A model generated the notes under the pieces. The model was not told where the DNA came from. It did no database searches and saw only the letters and a list, made by a program, of their open reading frames with translations. 27,177 nucleotides of DNA from Chthoniobacteraceae bacterium. Lineage in GTDB: Bacteria > Verrucomicrobiota > Verrucomicrobiia > Chthoniobacterales > Chthoniobacteraceae. Position numbers and translations under genes: made by a program. The stretch is taken from the NCBI GenBank assembly GCA_031409335.1, contig JANNWY010000287.1, positions 1 to 27,177 on the forward strand, read 5' to 3'. Below, one piece after another: positions 1-8,176 of the stretch (its first letter is position 1; every line of letters starts with the position of its first letter).

Positions 1-66
1 GAAAAGTGAGAGGTTTCTCCGCTCCGCTCCGCCCGCTGGCCCGCCTTCGCTTCGGTCGAAATGACA
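1..66. repeat. TGTC-ended REP-like palindromic repeat, right arm (element probably truncated by the window start)
   Basis: Reverse complement TGTCATTTCGACCGAAGCGAAGGCGGGCCAGCGGGCGGAGCGGAGCGGAGAAACCTCTCACTTTTC is near-identical to 6075-6140 and to the start of 10693-10757. Confidence 0.85.
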
Positions 67-162
67 ATACGGTTTAATGTTTCAGCCCTGGGCCAATCCC
101 TGCGCCCCATTGTCGAATAACTATCGCGAATTTCTGCGGCACGCTTTCCAATCGCACTCCGC

Positions 163-873
163 ATGTTCCGCCGCATCCCCCATCAGCGTTACCTCGCCAT
201 CCTCGGCGGACTCTTTGCGGTGGTCTTCGCGTTCAGCGCCATTCGACCGCATCATCTTGCCGACTGGCTTTTGGAAAATGCACTCGTCGTTCTCGGCGTC
301 ATCGTGCTCGTCGTCTTCCGACGCCGGATGCTCTTCTCGCGCATCTCCTACACGCTCATCTTTCTCTTCCTCTGCCTGCATGAACTTGGCGCGCATTTCA
401 CTTACGCCGAGGTGCCATATCAGCAATGGTTCCCCTCGCTCGCCGGGGGACGAAACCACTTCGACCGCCTCGTCCACTTTTCCTACGGCCTTCTGCTCGC
501 CTATCCGATCCGCGAGGTTTTTCTGCGTGTCGCGGATGTGCGCGGCTTCTGGGGATATTTCCTCCCGCTCGATCTCACGATGTCCACGTCGATGCTATAC
601 GAACTGATCGAGTGGGGTGCCGCGGAATTTTTCGGCGGCGAACTCGGCCAGGCTTATCTCGGCACGCAGGGCGACATTTGGGATGCGCACAAAGACATGG
701 CGCTCGCCGCCGTCGGCGCGCTCATCGCGATGCTCATCACCGCCGCGCTCAATGCCCGCCTTCAGCGCGATTTCGCCCGCGAGTGGAACGAAAGCCTCCG
801 CGTGAAACACACCGCGCCACTCGGCGAGGACGAAATCGCCCGGCTGCGCGCCGATCCGCCATCCCAATCTTGA
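163..873 (+). CDS. DUF2238 (YjdF-like) inner membrane protein
   Basis: Multi-TM ORF with DWLLEN, LHELGAHFTYAEVP, RNHFDRLVHFSYG, YELIEW and LGTQGDIWDAHKDM motifs typical of DUF2238. Confidence 0.9.
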   Translation: MFRRIPHQRYLAILGGLFAVVFAFSAIRPHHLADWLLENALVVLGVIVLVVFRRRMLFSRISYTLIFLFLCLHELGAHFTYAEVPYQQWFPSLAGGRNHFDRLVHFSYGLLLAYPIREVFLRVADVRGFWGYFLPLDLTMSTSMLYELIEWGAAEFFGGELGQAYLGTQGDIWDAHKDMALAAVGALIAMLITAALNARLQRDFAREWNESLRVKHTAPLGEDEIARLRADPPSQS

Positions 874-925
874 TCCTGATCCTTCCTTCCTCAGATCAAG
901 ATCAGGAGCAGGAGCAGGAGCAAGA
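866..925. repeat. Inverted hexamer array (TCTTGA/TCCTGA ... ATCAAG/AGCAGG) between convergent genes; possible terminator
   Basis: ATCTTGATC (867-875) is the reverse complement of GATCAAGAT (894-902). The same units occur at 13903-13984. Confidence 0.7.
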
Positions 926-940
926 GGGGAAGCCGAGGAC

Positions 941-1384
941 TTACTCCGCCTTCTTCTCCCGCTTGTAAGTCAGCATCAGCACCGACGAGCCTTCCTTCGT
1001 CGCAAATTCCGTCGGACGCTCCCCGCCATCCAACGCGTAACACACCTTCAAAGTATCGCCGGTGAGTTCGTAGATCGCCTTCACCACTTTGCCCGAATCA
1101 TCTCCTTCCGTGTCCGTCGCATCCATCGTCTTCGGCTTTTTCGTTTCATCCAGCTTCAGCGTTCCGGCATCCACCTTGTCCTTGCTCGTCAATTCGTACC
1201 GCTCGCCCGTGATCTTCACGATGATCGCCTTCAACTCCTCCGACTCCACCGGCTTCCCTCCCGCCTCCGCCGACTCGACCTTCCAAGTCCCCTCCATCGC
1301 TTTCAGATCATCCGCTTGCGCGGATTGGGAAAGAAGCACGGTGCAAGCTGCGACGACGAAGCTGGGAAGGATGAAGAGTTTCAT
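941..1384 (-). CDS. TIGR03067 domain secreted protein (147 aa)
   Basis: Signal peptide MKLFILPSFVVAACTVLLSQSAQA, then DLKAMEGTWKV, KLDETKKPKTMD and AIYELTGDTLKVCY..RPTEF. Start moved from 1726 to the ATG at 1384. Confidence 0.85.
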   Translation of the reverse strand: MKLFILPSFVVAACTVLLSQSAQADDLKAMEGTWKVESAEAGGKPVESEELKAIIVKITGERYELTSKDKVDAGTLKLDETKKPKTMDATDTEGDDSGKVVKAIYELTGDTLKVCYALDGGERPTEFATKEGSSVLMLTYKREKKAE

Positions 1385-1436
1385 ACCGTGCTGGATAACC
1401 GCGCGAAGCAGGAATGTCGAGCCTCGCCCTCCCGAA

Positions 1437-4400
1437 TCACGCCTTCGCGGGCAGTGGTGGCGGGACGGGTTGCGGCACGGGCTTCCGCCGGAAAAATCCG
1501 CCGGTGCTGAAATTCGTCCAGCCCGTGCGCAGCCAGCGGATGAGCGATGCGGCGAGCCAGAGCGCCCACACGAGCATGAAAAAGCGATACCACCAGATCG
1601 AGATGGAGACGCAGCCGGGGCTTGGGAGCAGAGCTTCGCAGCGCGCTTGAAACCAGCGGAGCGCGGTTTGCGTCGAGCCGTTGCCGGTGATGAACATTTC
1701 CGGGCTGCCGAGCAGGCCCTCGCCAACGGCGGTGAAAAGAATGCCGAGCGCCGCGACGGTCAGGCCGATGAGCACGATTTGCAGCACGTTGTAAAACGCG
1801 CCGCTGAGTCGCAGGAACGACGGCGTGCCGCGCCACGCGATGAAGAACAGCCAGCCGATCACGACCAGCGCCGCGACGAGCGGGACTTGTGTGAGGCCGA
1901 TCACCAGCAGCATCCATTCGATCGTGTGCAGCGGCGATTTTCCGATGCGACCGAGCGCGACGGCGGCGAGCAGCGAGCACAGCAGGATTCCCCAAAAGCG
2001 CACCGCCGGCCCGCGCTGCGGCCCGTGCGCCCACAGCACCCAGCGATCGTTCGGCACGGTGATTTCGGTTTGAATGTTCGCGCTTTCCACCGGCAGCCGC
2101 ACTTCACCGGCCTGCGCGCGCGCGCCGAGTTCGAGGTTCGTTTTCCACGCGATGCTCACGGTCTGCTCGCCAGGCCGCACGGGGATGATGAGTTTGCCGC
2201 CGTCCTTGCGCACGGGGATCGCGTTGCCGTTGTGCATCAGCGCGGTGATTTCCGCCTCGGCGGGCAGCTCGACGAGGAAGTCTTCGCCGAGACTGCAGCG
2301 CAGCGAGAGATCGAGTTTTGAAACGCGCTGACGTTTCCCGAGCGCGATCGTGTGCTTGCCGCGGCTCACCGTCACCGTCGCGCCCGCGATCGCTTCCGGG
2401 CGGCTGATCGCGAGTTCCACTTTTTCGCCCGGCCACGGCTGCCAGACTGGTACGAGGTCCGCATTCGCCGGCTCGAAAACGGGTGCGAGTCCGGCGATGG
2501 CGACATTCCAAACGGGCGACGCGACGAGATGCCAGCGCTCGACCCATGTGTCTTCCGCGCGCGTCGCGAGCGCGATCGTCGGCACGACCGCGAGCCCGCT
2601 TTCCCACGAAGCCGTCTGCTCCTGCGCACCGAGCCGCACTTCGATGAAGCCGTCTTTCACGACCGCATTGGACGACAGCACGTTCTCTCCCGGCAGCAGC
2701 GGCACGCGCAACGCAGCGGCTTTCCCGACGGGCGAGAGTCGCGTGACGGTCGTGCGCACCTGCCAGATGAGGCCGAGTTCGAGGCTGCGATCAATCGCGA
2801 CGATCGTCTGCAAATCCTGCCGGTCATAGCTCGCGGCTCCGGCGGCGGCCTTTTGTTTCAAAGCGAAAAACACCTGCGCCTCCGGCACGCCATCCGCCCG
2901 CACGCCGCTGAAAGTCCAGCCCGGCGCTTCGATTTTCACCTGCCGCGGTTTCAGCAGGAACGTCCATTCCCACTCGGTCAAATTCGCGAGCGAACCCTCG
3001 ACGCGCACGCGATGCACGCCGGGCTCCAGCACCAGCCAGAGAAAGCCGTCATCGCGGCGCAGCGCGACTTCCGGTTTGTCATCGACGAGCACCGTGAGCG
3101 GCGACCACGCGGGCAGTTTGCCCGGCAGCGGCACGGCGGTGCGAATCGCGGCGTGAATCTCCGCGTCGATCGCGATTTTGCGCTGGTCGTCCAGCGTGAG
3201 CGTGACGGACGGGATGTCGGCGGCGTTCGGATACGCGTCGGATTTTTCGAGAAGGCGCTCGCGCAACTTGTCGAGTGTGGCCTCGTTTGGAATTTCAGTC
3301 TGCGCAGATGCGGTCGTGGTAAAAATGACCGCGAGAACCGCAGCCGCTTTTCCCATCGCGCGAGGCACTGAACCACCTACTTTCCGCGCACCAAGCAGCA
3401 CGGCGGCGAGCGCGAGCAAGAGCACGACCCGCAGCGCAGTCAGCACGCGTTCGAGCGTGAGCGAAATGAGGATCGGTTTTATTTGCTGTGACGCAGCGAC
3501 CGGCCCGTTCCAGCCAAACCTCACCGCTCGCCATTGCCACTCAGGAACTCCGGGACCCGTTTGGATGCGGGCCAACGAATCGTAAGTGAGATTTTCCGCG
3601 CCGCCGCTCCTGAAGGCGCGAGCCGGCCCACCCGCGGGAAGGAGCCCTTGCGCGATATCAATTTGGTCCTGCGTATTCCGAATGACCAATCTCGCTGTCG
3701 AGGAGTCATATGTTGCGGACGCTCCTTGTGGAAACTGCACGCCGTTGGACTCAAGCCAGTTTTTTGCATCGAATGGACCGCGCGCGCCGCCGGGAATTGT
3801 GTTTGCGTTTAGCTTGAATTCCTTTGTTTGGAACACAGTTGCGTCCACGCCTTGGGGAACAATCGTTACGGCATACGGGTCAACTTTGAACTTCAGATTT
3901 GCCAAGGCGGTTACGTACTTTAGCGCCTCGATCAGCGGGATGTTTGTGAGTGAAACAGTGATGCGAGCCTCGCCGGGTCCGTTTCCGTTGGGGTCTTCAA
4001 GCGGTGGAATAAATCCGTTTGCTGCGCGCCCGTCGTCCAATTTCAGGACGATGTTGACGCCCCTTCTGCTTGGGTCTGGTTCGAGAACGTCCAAATCGAC
4101 GCTCTTCTTTTGTAGGAAATCTACTGCCTCGTAAATGGTCGCGTCACGAAGATCAAGTTTCGGGATAATGATCCGGTTCATTTTGGATTGAACCATCGTC
4201 TGGCCGGACGAATCCGCTTCGGGAGATGCAACGGTCAATTCTGAGGCGTCATCCTGAATCGGCGTGAATTCTTGCGGCACACTCCGCGATTCGGCGTACG
4301 CTCCGGCGTTTTCCAACTGCGGATAAAGCGCCTGCTGGACTTGCCGCGCGATGAAGGGGACGAAGACGAGCACGAATGCGCCGACTGCGATCCATTTGCC

Positions 4401-6014
4401 AAGGCCGAGTGCGCGGCGAGCCCAGCCTGCGGGGACGACGCGCTGGAGGGCGAGCGGGACGAGCAGGATGAGCCACAAGTAGCGCGGTGCGCCGGGTTCG
4501 TGATACGCGAGGCCGAAGGCGAGGAACGCGAGCACGGCGGCGAAGAATCCCCACAGCCGGAAGACGGCGAGCGTGAAGATGAGCAGGAGGAAAAGATCGA
4601 GCAGCGTCCACGCGGTGAGCCAGTCGCCACGCACCCAGTCCGCGCCGAACAGCGCAAAGAGCCGCCAGCCGGGCGGGAGATTGAGCGTGACGTTGAGCGC
4701 GTCGGCGTCGCTGCGCCAGCCGGTCGCGGAGAGGGCGTCGGCGCGCGTCATGCGGCCGGTGGCGTCGAGGTTCAGATTGCGCGTGCGGATTTCCACGCCG
4801 GGCGCGCTGTTCTCTGGATTGAGCGTGATGAGCTGGCCCTGGCCGTCGCTGCGCACCGAGCCAAGGTCCTGACCCGCCGCCGCATCGAGCCGCCAGATTT
4901 GCTGCATCTGCCCGGCGATCAAGTCGCGAAACGTGAGGCCGCGTCCGTCTTCATCAAGCCACAGTTCGCGCGTGATTTTGAGCCCGGCGGGTTTTTGATC
5001 GCCCATGCCGCGCATCCTTTCCTGAAGTTGAAACGGCGTCGCGGTTTCCCAGCGATACACGGGCAGCTCGCGCCATTGATCCGGGAAAGTCGTCTGCGAA
5101 ACATCAATCGCGGGCGCGCCGATGATCTCGACCGTGCGGAAATCGGGCCGCGCGCGGAAGGCGACGAACTGCTCGGCCACGGCGGGCTTCGCGCCTTCGG
5201 CGTAGCGAAATTCCTTTGGGTTATCGAAGCGGAAGGCGTCCGCGTGCAGCGTCCATTTTCCCGCGCGCACCTGCGCTTTCATTTTCCCCGCGTCGTCGAT
5301 CGCGACCGGGATCGGGCTCTCGACCGCCGCGAGTTTCCAGCCTTCGGGAAGGACGACGCCGATTTCCTCCTCACGACTTTTGCCCGAAACGGTGAGTTCG
5401 ATTTCCGTGCGCAGCCACAGCGGGATGCCGTCCTCGATCACGGCGTGGAGTTTTACCGAGAGAAAGTTTTTGTCCGCCTCTTCCGTTGAGGCGTCGCGCT
5501 TCAGCCACAGAAAACCCTGCGCATCCCAAGTCGGCGCAGCGACTGGCTGACCGTCGATGACGACCGCGAGGATGCCGATCTCGCGCGGGATCGGGATGCG
5601 CTGCGGCACTTCGCTCCAGCGAAACGCGCCCTCGATCCGCACCGTGCCGGCGCCGAGTTTGATCGCGGGGGCACCGTTGTGTTCCAGCACGGAAACGGGT
5701 TTGCCATCCGCCTTCACCTCGACCGGCCACACGTCGGAATTCCCCGGCAGCGGAATCCACGTCTCATGGAAAACGGTGACGACGAGATCGAATTTCCCGC
5801 CCGCCTTTTCCGCCTGCACGCCCATGCGCGACGGCCAGAAACAGACGTGCTTTTTCGCATCGGAATACGGCGTCGGGCAAAGCCGGTGGGTGTCATCCCA
5901 AGTCGCCCACGCTTCCCACGGCTTCAGCGCATCGGGGATTTGGCGCTCGGGCGGCGCGGCTTGGGCGGTGAATGCGGCGAGCAGGGCGAGACCGAGGAGG
6001 CGGATCGTTTTCAT
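1437..6014 (-). CDS. Large (~1525 aa) hypothetical integral membrane protein with signal peptide, two related halves and an inserted secretin-N-like domain
   Basis: Long uninterrupted ORF; signal peptide MKTIRLLGLALLAAFTAQA from the ATG at 6014; two beta-rich soluble regions each followed by a TM bundle. Confidence 0.85.
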   Translation of the reverse strand: MKTIRLLGLALLAAFTAQAAPPERQIPDALKPWEAWATWDDTHRLCPTPYSDAKKHVCFWPSRMGVQAEKAGGKFDLVVTVFHETWIPLPGNSDVWPVEVKADGKPVSVLEHNGAPAIKLGAGTVRIEGAFRWSEVPQRIPIPREIGILAVVIDGQPVAAPTWDAQGFLWLKRDASTEEADKNFLSVKLHAVIEDGIPLWLRTEIELTVSGKSREEEIGVVLPEGWKLAAVESPIPVAIDDAGKMKAQVRAGKWTLHADAFRFDNPKEFRYAEGAKPAVAEQFVAFRARPDFRTVEIIGAPAIDVSQTTFPDQWRELPVYRWETATPFQLQERMRGMGDQKPAGLKITRELWLDEDGRGLTFRDLIAGQMQQIWRLDAAAGQDLGSVRSDGQGQLITLNPENSAPGVEIRTRNLNLDATGRMTRADALSATGWRSDADALNVTLNLPPGWRLFALFGADWVRGDWLTAWTLLDLFLLLIFTLAVFRLWGFFAAVLAFLAFGLAYHEPGAPRYLWLILLVPLALQRVVPAGWARRALGLGKWIAVGAFVLVFVPFIARQVQQALYPQLENAGAYAESRSVPQEFTPIQDDASELTVASPEADSSGQTMVQSKMNRIIIPKLDLRDATIYEAVDFLQKKSVDLDVLEPDPSRRGVNIVLKLDDGRAANGFIPPLEDPNGNGPGEARITVSLTNIPLIEALKYVTALANLKFKVDPYAVTIVPQGVDATVFQTKEFKLNANTIPGGARGPFDAKNWLESNGVQFPQGASATYDSSTARLVIRNTQDQIDIAQGLLPAGGPARAFRSGGAENLTYDSLARIQTGPGVPEWQWRAVRFGWNGPVAASQQIKPILISLTLERVLTALRVVLLLALAAVLLGARKVGGSVPRAMGKAAAVLAVIFTTTASAQTEIPNEATLDKLRERLLEKSDAYPNAADIPSVTLTLDDQRKIAIDAEIHAAIRTAVPLPGKLPAWSPLTVLVDDKPEVALRRDDGFLWLVLEPGVHRVRVEGSLANLTEWEWTFLLKPRQVKIEAPGWTFSGVRADGVPEAQVFFALKQKAAAGAASYDRQDLQTIVAIDRSLELGLIWQVRTTVTRLSPVGKAAALRVPLLPGENVLSSNAVVKDGFIEVRLGAQEQTASWESGLAVVPTIALATRAEDTWVERWHLVASPVWNVAIAGLAPVFEPANADLVPVWQPWPGEKVELAISRPEAIAGATVTVSRGKHTIALGKRQRVSKLDLSLRCSLGEDFLVELPAEAEITALMHNGNAIPVRKDGGKLIIPVRPGEQTVSIAWKTNLELGARAQAGEVRLPVESANIQTEITVPNDRWVLWAHGPQRGPAVRFWGILLCSLLAAVALGRIGKSPLHTIEWMLLVIGLTQVPLVAALVVIGWLFFIAWRGTPSFLRLSGAFYNVLQIVLIGLTVAALGILFTAVGEGLLGSPEMFITGNGSTQTALRWFQARCEALLPSPGCVSISIWWYRFFMLVWALWLAASLIRWLRTGWTNFSTGGFFRRKPVPQPVPPPLPAKA

Positions 6015-6073
6015 GGCGTCGAAGGGATAGCGGCAAAAAGGCTCAAGAGGCACAAAAAAGGCGCGTCTAAAAA

Positions 6074-6253
6074 CTGTCATTTCGACCGGAGCGAAGGTGG
6101 GCCAGTGGGCGGAGCGCAGTGGAGAAACCTCTCACTTTTCCTTTCGGGCTAGGTGGCGCGGAGCACGCATGTGATGCGGCTCCGCACCTCCTTCGCCCAC
6201 CGAAGAAAAGTGAGAGGTTTCTCCACTCCGCTACGCTCCGGTCGAAATGACAG
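6074..6253. repeat. TGTC-ended REP doublet (REPIN/MITE-like), ~180-nt hairpin
   Basis: Left arm CTGTCATTTCGACCGGAGCG...GTGGAGAAACCTCTCACTTTTC (6074-6140) is inverted to right arm 6205-6253. The spacer is also self-complementary (GCGGAGC/GCTCCGC, CGCAT/ATGCG). Confidence 0.9.
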
Positions 6254-6262
6254 GGTTGAGCG

Positions 6263-8176
6263 CTATTCCTCCGGTAGCGCGGCTGCGATGGTGGCGATGA
6301 CTTCGGCGGGCTCGATGGCTTTCATGCAACGCAGATCGAGCGGGCATTCGCGGAGGAAACACGGGCTGCACGCGACGTGGTGGCGGATGACGTGGTGATG
6401 GTCGCCGAGCGGGCCGGTGAGCGCGGGCTCGGTGCTTCCGAAAAGTGAAACGGTGGGGACGCCGAGGAAGGCGGCGAGGTGCATCGTGCCGGTGTCGTTG
6501 GTGAGCAGGAGGTCGCAGGCGCGGAGTTCGGCGATGAGTTCGGCGAGCGTGGTTTTGCCGATGAGGTTGCGATGTTTGCCGGTGAAATCGCGGAGTATTT
6601 CGTCGCCAAGCGGCGCGTCTTTTTGCACGCCGAAGAGTATCCATTCGCACTCGCGGCTCGCGGAAACGGCGCGGACGACTTCGGCGAAACGCTCGGGGAA
6701 CCAGCGTTTCGTCGGGCCGTATTCGGCGCCGGGGACGAGGCCGATTTTGGGATTGCGGATTGCGGATTGCGGATTGCGGATTGGGGGAAGCGCGGCGTTT
6801 TCGATGTCGGCGCCGATGAATTCGGCGAGGGCGAGGTAGTGGTGGACTTGATGTTTTGGCGGTTCGGTGTGCGCGTTTTTCTTTTTCTTTTTGCCGTGGA
6901 AAATCTGGTTGAGCAGCCACGCGCGCTGGTGGCCGGGGAAGCCGACGCGGCGCGGGATTATGGCGAGCCAGGCTTCGAGGGCGGAGCGCAGCGAGTTTGG
7001 GAAAAGGATCGCGACTTCGAAATCGCGGCGGATTTTTTTCGCGACGCTGAACACGCTATCGGCGGATTCGATGCCGATCACGTCATCGACTTCGGCGACT
7101 TGTTTCCACAAATCCGCGAGCTTCGCCGGCGTGAGGATCGTGACGTGAGCATCGGGCCGCCCGCGTTTGATGGCGCGCACGGCGGGGATGCTCATCACGG
7201 CGTCGCCCAGCCAGTTGGTCGAGCGGATGAGAATGCGGAATGGCTGGAGCGTCTGGCCGGATCGGAACGCGGTCGGAATCGCGACGCCGCGTTTGTAGGT
7301 GGCGAGGAGGAATTTCGGGTTCGGAAGTTTCCAGCGATTGTGAACCCAGAACCAATCCTCGGGCCGTCGGCGAATCTGTTGCTCCAGAACTTTCGCGGTC
7401 CATTTGGTGATGCCTTCCGAGGTGAATTTCCGGGCTTTGACCTGCTCGTGAATCACGCAGCGCCAGCGCGCGACGCCATCCGTGTAAACCGCCGCGGGGA
7501 CGAGGAGCGAATCGGTGCGCAACGCGAGTGTGGCGGCGAGCGTGGAGGTCGAGGCGAGGCGTCCGAAAAACGGGCACCACAGCCCGGCGTCTCCGGCGTG
7601 CTGATCGACGAGCACGCCGACCGCGCCGCCTTCGCGCAGGAATTTCGACGCGGCACCGAAGCCTTCCTTTCGCTCAAAAACGGAGAGCCCGAGCCGCGCG
7701 CGGTCGCGTCGCACTTCGGCGTCGATGAAGCGATTTCCGAGCGCCTGGTAGATGGTGCCGACGGGGCACGGGAAGAGGATCGGCGAGAGTTGCGCGAACA
7801 TTTCCCAGTTGCCGAGATGGCTGATGACCATCACGAAACCCTTCCCGGCGGCGGCTCCGGCTTTCAACGTTTCGACGCCATCCATCTTCACGACGCGCTC
7901 GATTTCCGCGCGGGAAAGGCGCGGAAGTTTGATCGAAGAAAGGAGATTCGCGCCGAGCGTGGCGAAATGTTTTCGCGCGAGCGCGCGCAGTTCGTCGGGC
8001 GATTTTTCCGCGCGAAACGCGATGCCGAGATTGCGCAACACGAGGCGGCGATATCTCCCCGAGACGAAATACGCCGCGGTGCCGAGCGCCCAGCCGAACC
8101 GGAAAACCGCAGCGAGCGGGAGCAGGCAAAGCGCCCCCGAGACGAGCCGGTACAGCCAGAAGACTGCGCGATCCAT
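6263..8176 (-). CDS. waaF: Fusion protein: lipid A acyltransferase (LpxL/HtrB family) + LPS heptosyltransferase II (GT9)
   Basis: N-half has SHLGNWE, LVDQHAG and WFWVHNRWK; C-half has RILIRSTNWLGDAVM, PGAEYGPTKRW and TNDTGTMHLAAFLGVPTVSLFGST. The ATG at 8176 overlaps the oppA stop (TGATG). Confidence 0.9.
   Translation of the reverse strand: MDRAVFWLYRLVSGALCLLPLAAVFRFGWALGTAAYFVSGRYRRLVLRNLGIAFRAEKSPDELRALARKHFATLGANLLSSIKLPRLSRAEIERVVKMDGVETLKAGAAAGKGFVMVISHLGNWEMFAQLSPILFPCPVGTIYQALGNRFIDAEVRRDRARLGLSVFERKEGFGAASKFLREGGAVGVLVDQHAGDAGLWCPFFGRLASTSTLAATLALRTDSLLVPAAVYTDGVARWRCVIHEQVKARKFTSEGITKWTAKVLEQQIRRRPEDWFWVHNRWKLPNPKFLLATYKRGVAIPTAFRSGQTLQPFRILIRSTNWLGDAVMSIPAVRAIKRGRPDAHVTILTPAKLADLWKQVAEVDDVIGIESADSVFSVAKKIRRDFEVAILFPNSLRSALEAWLAIIPRRVGFPGHQRAWLLNQIFHGKKKKKNAHTEPPKHQVHHYLALAEFIGADIENAALPPIRNPQSAIRNPKIGLVPGAEYGPTKRWFPERFAEVVRAVSASRECEWILFGVQKDAPLGDEILRDFTGKHRNLIGKTTLAELIAELRACDLLLTNDTGTMHLAAFLGVPTVSLFGSTEPALTGPLGDHHHVIRHHVACSPCFLRECPLDLRCMKAIEPAEVIATIAAALPEE
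6751..6785. repeat. Heptamer tandem repeat (GATTGCG)x4 plus 1 imperfect copy, inside waaF
   Basis: Directly visible; encodes PIRNPQSAIRNP in the GT9 inter-domain linker. Confidence 0.9.

Noticed and set aside
6074..6253. Repeats interpreted as a CRISPR array or IS ends
   Set aside because: They are inverted, dispersed copies without a regular repeat-spacer period; no cas or transposase gene is present.
6876..6893. Lys run GKKKKKN (AAA AAG repeats) in waaF as a programmed -1 frameshift site
   Set aside because: A-runs are only 5 long and do not form an in-frame X XXY YYZ heptamer; the GT9 motifs continue in frame 0.
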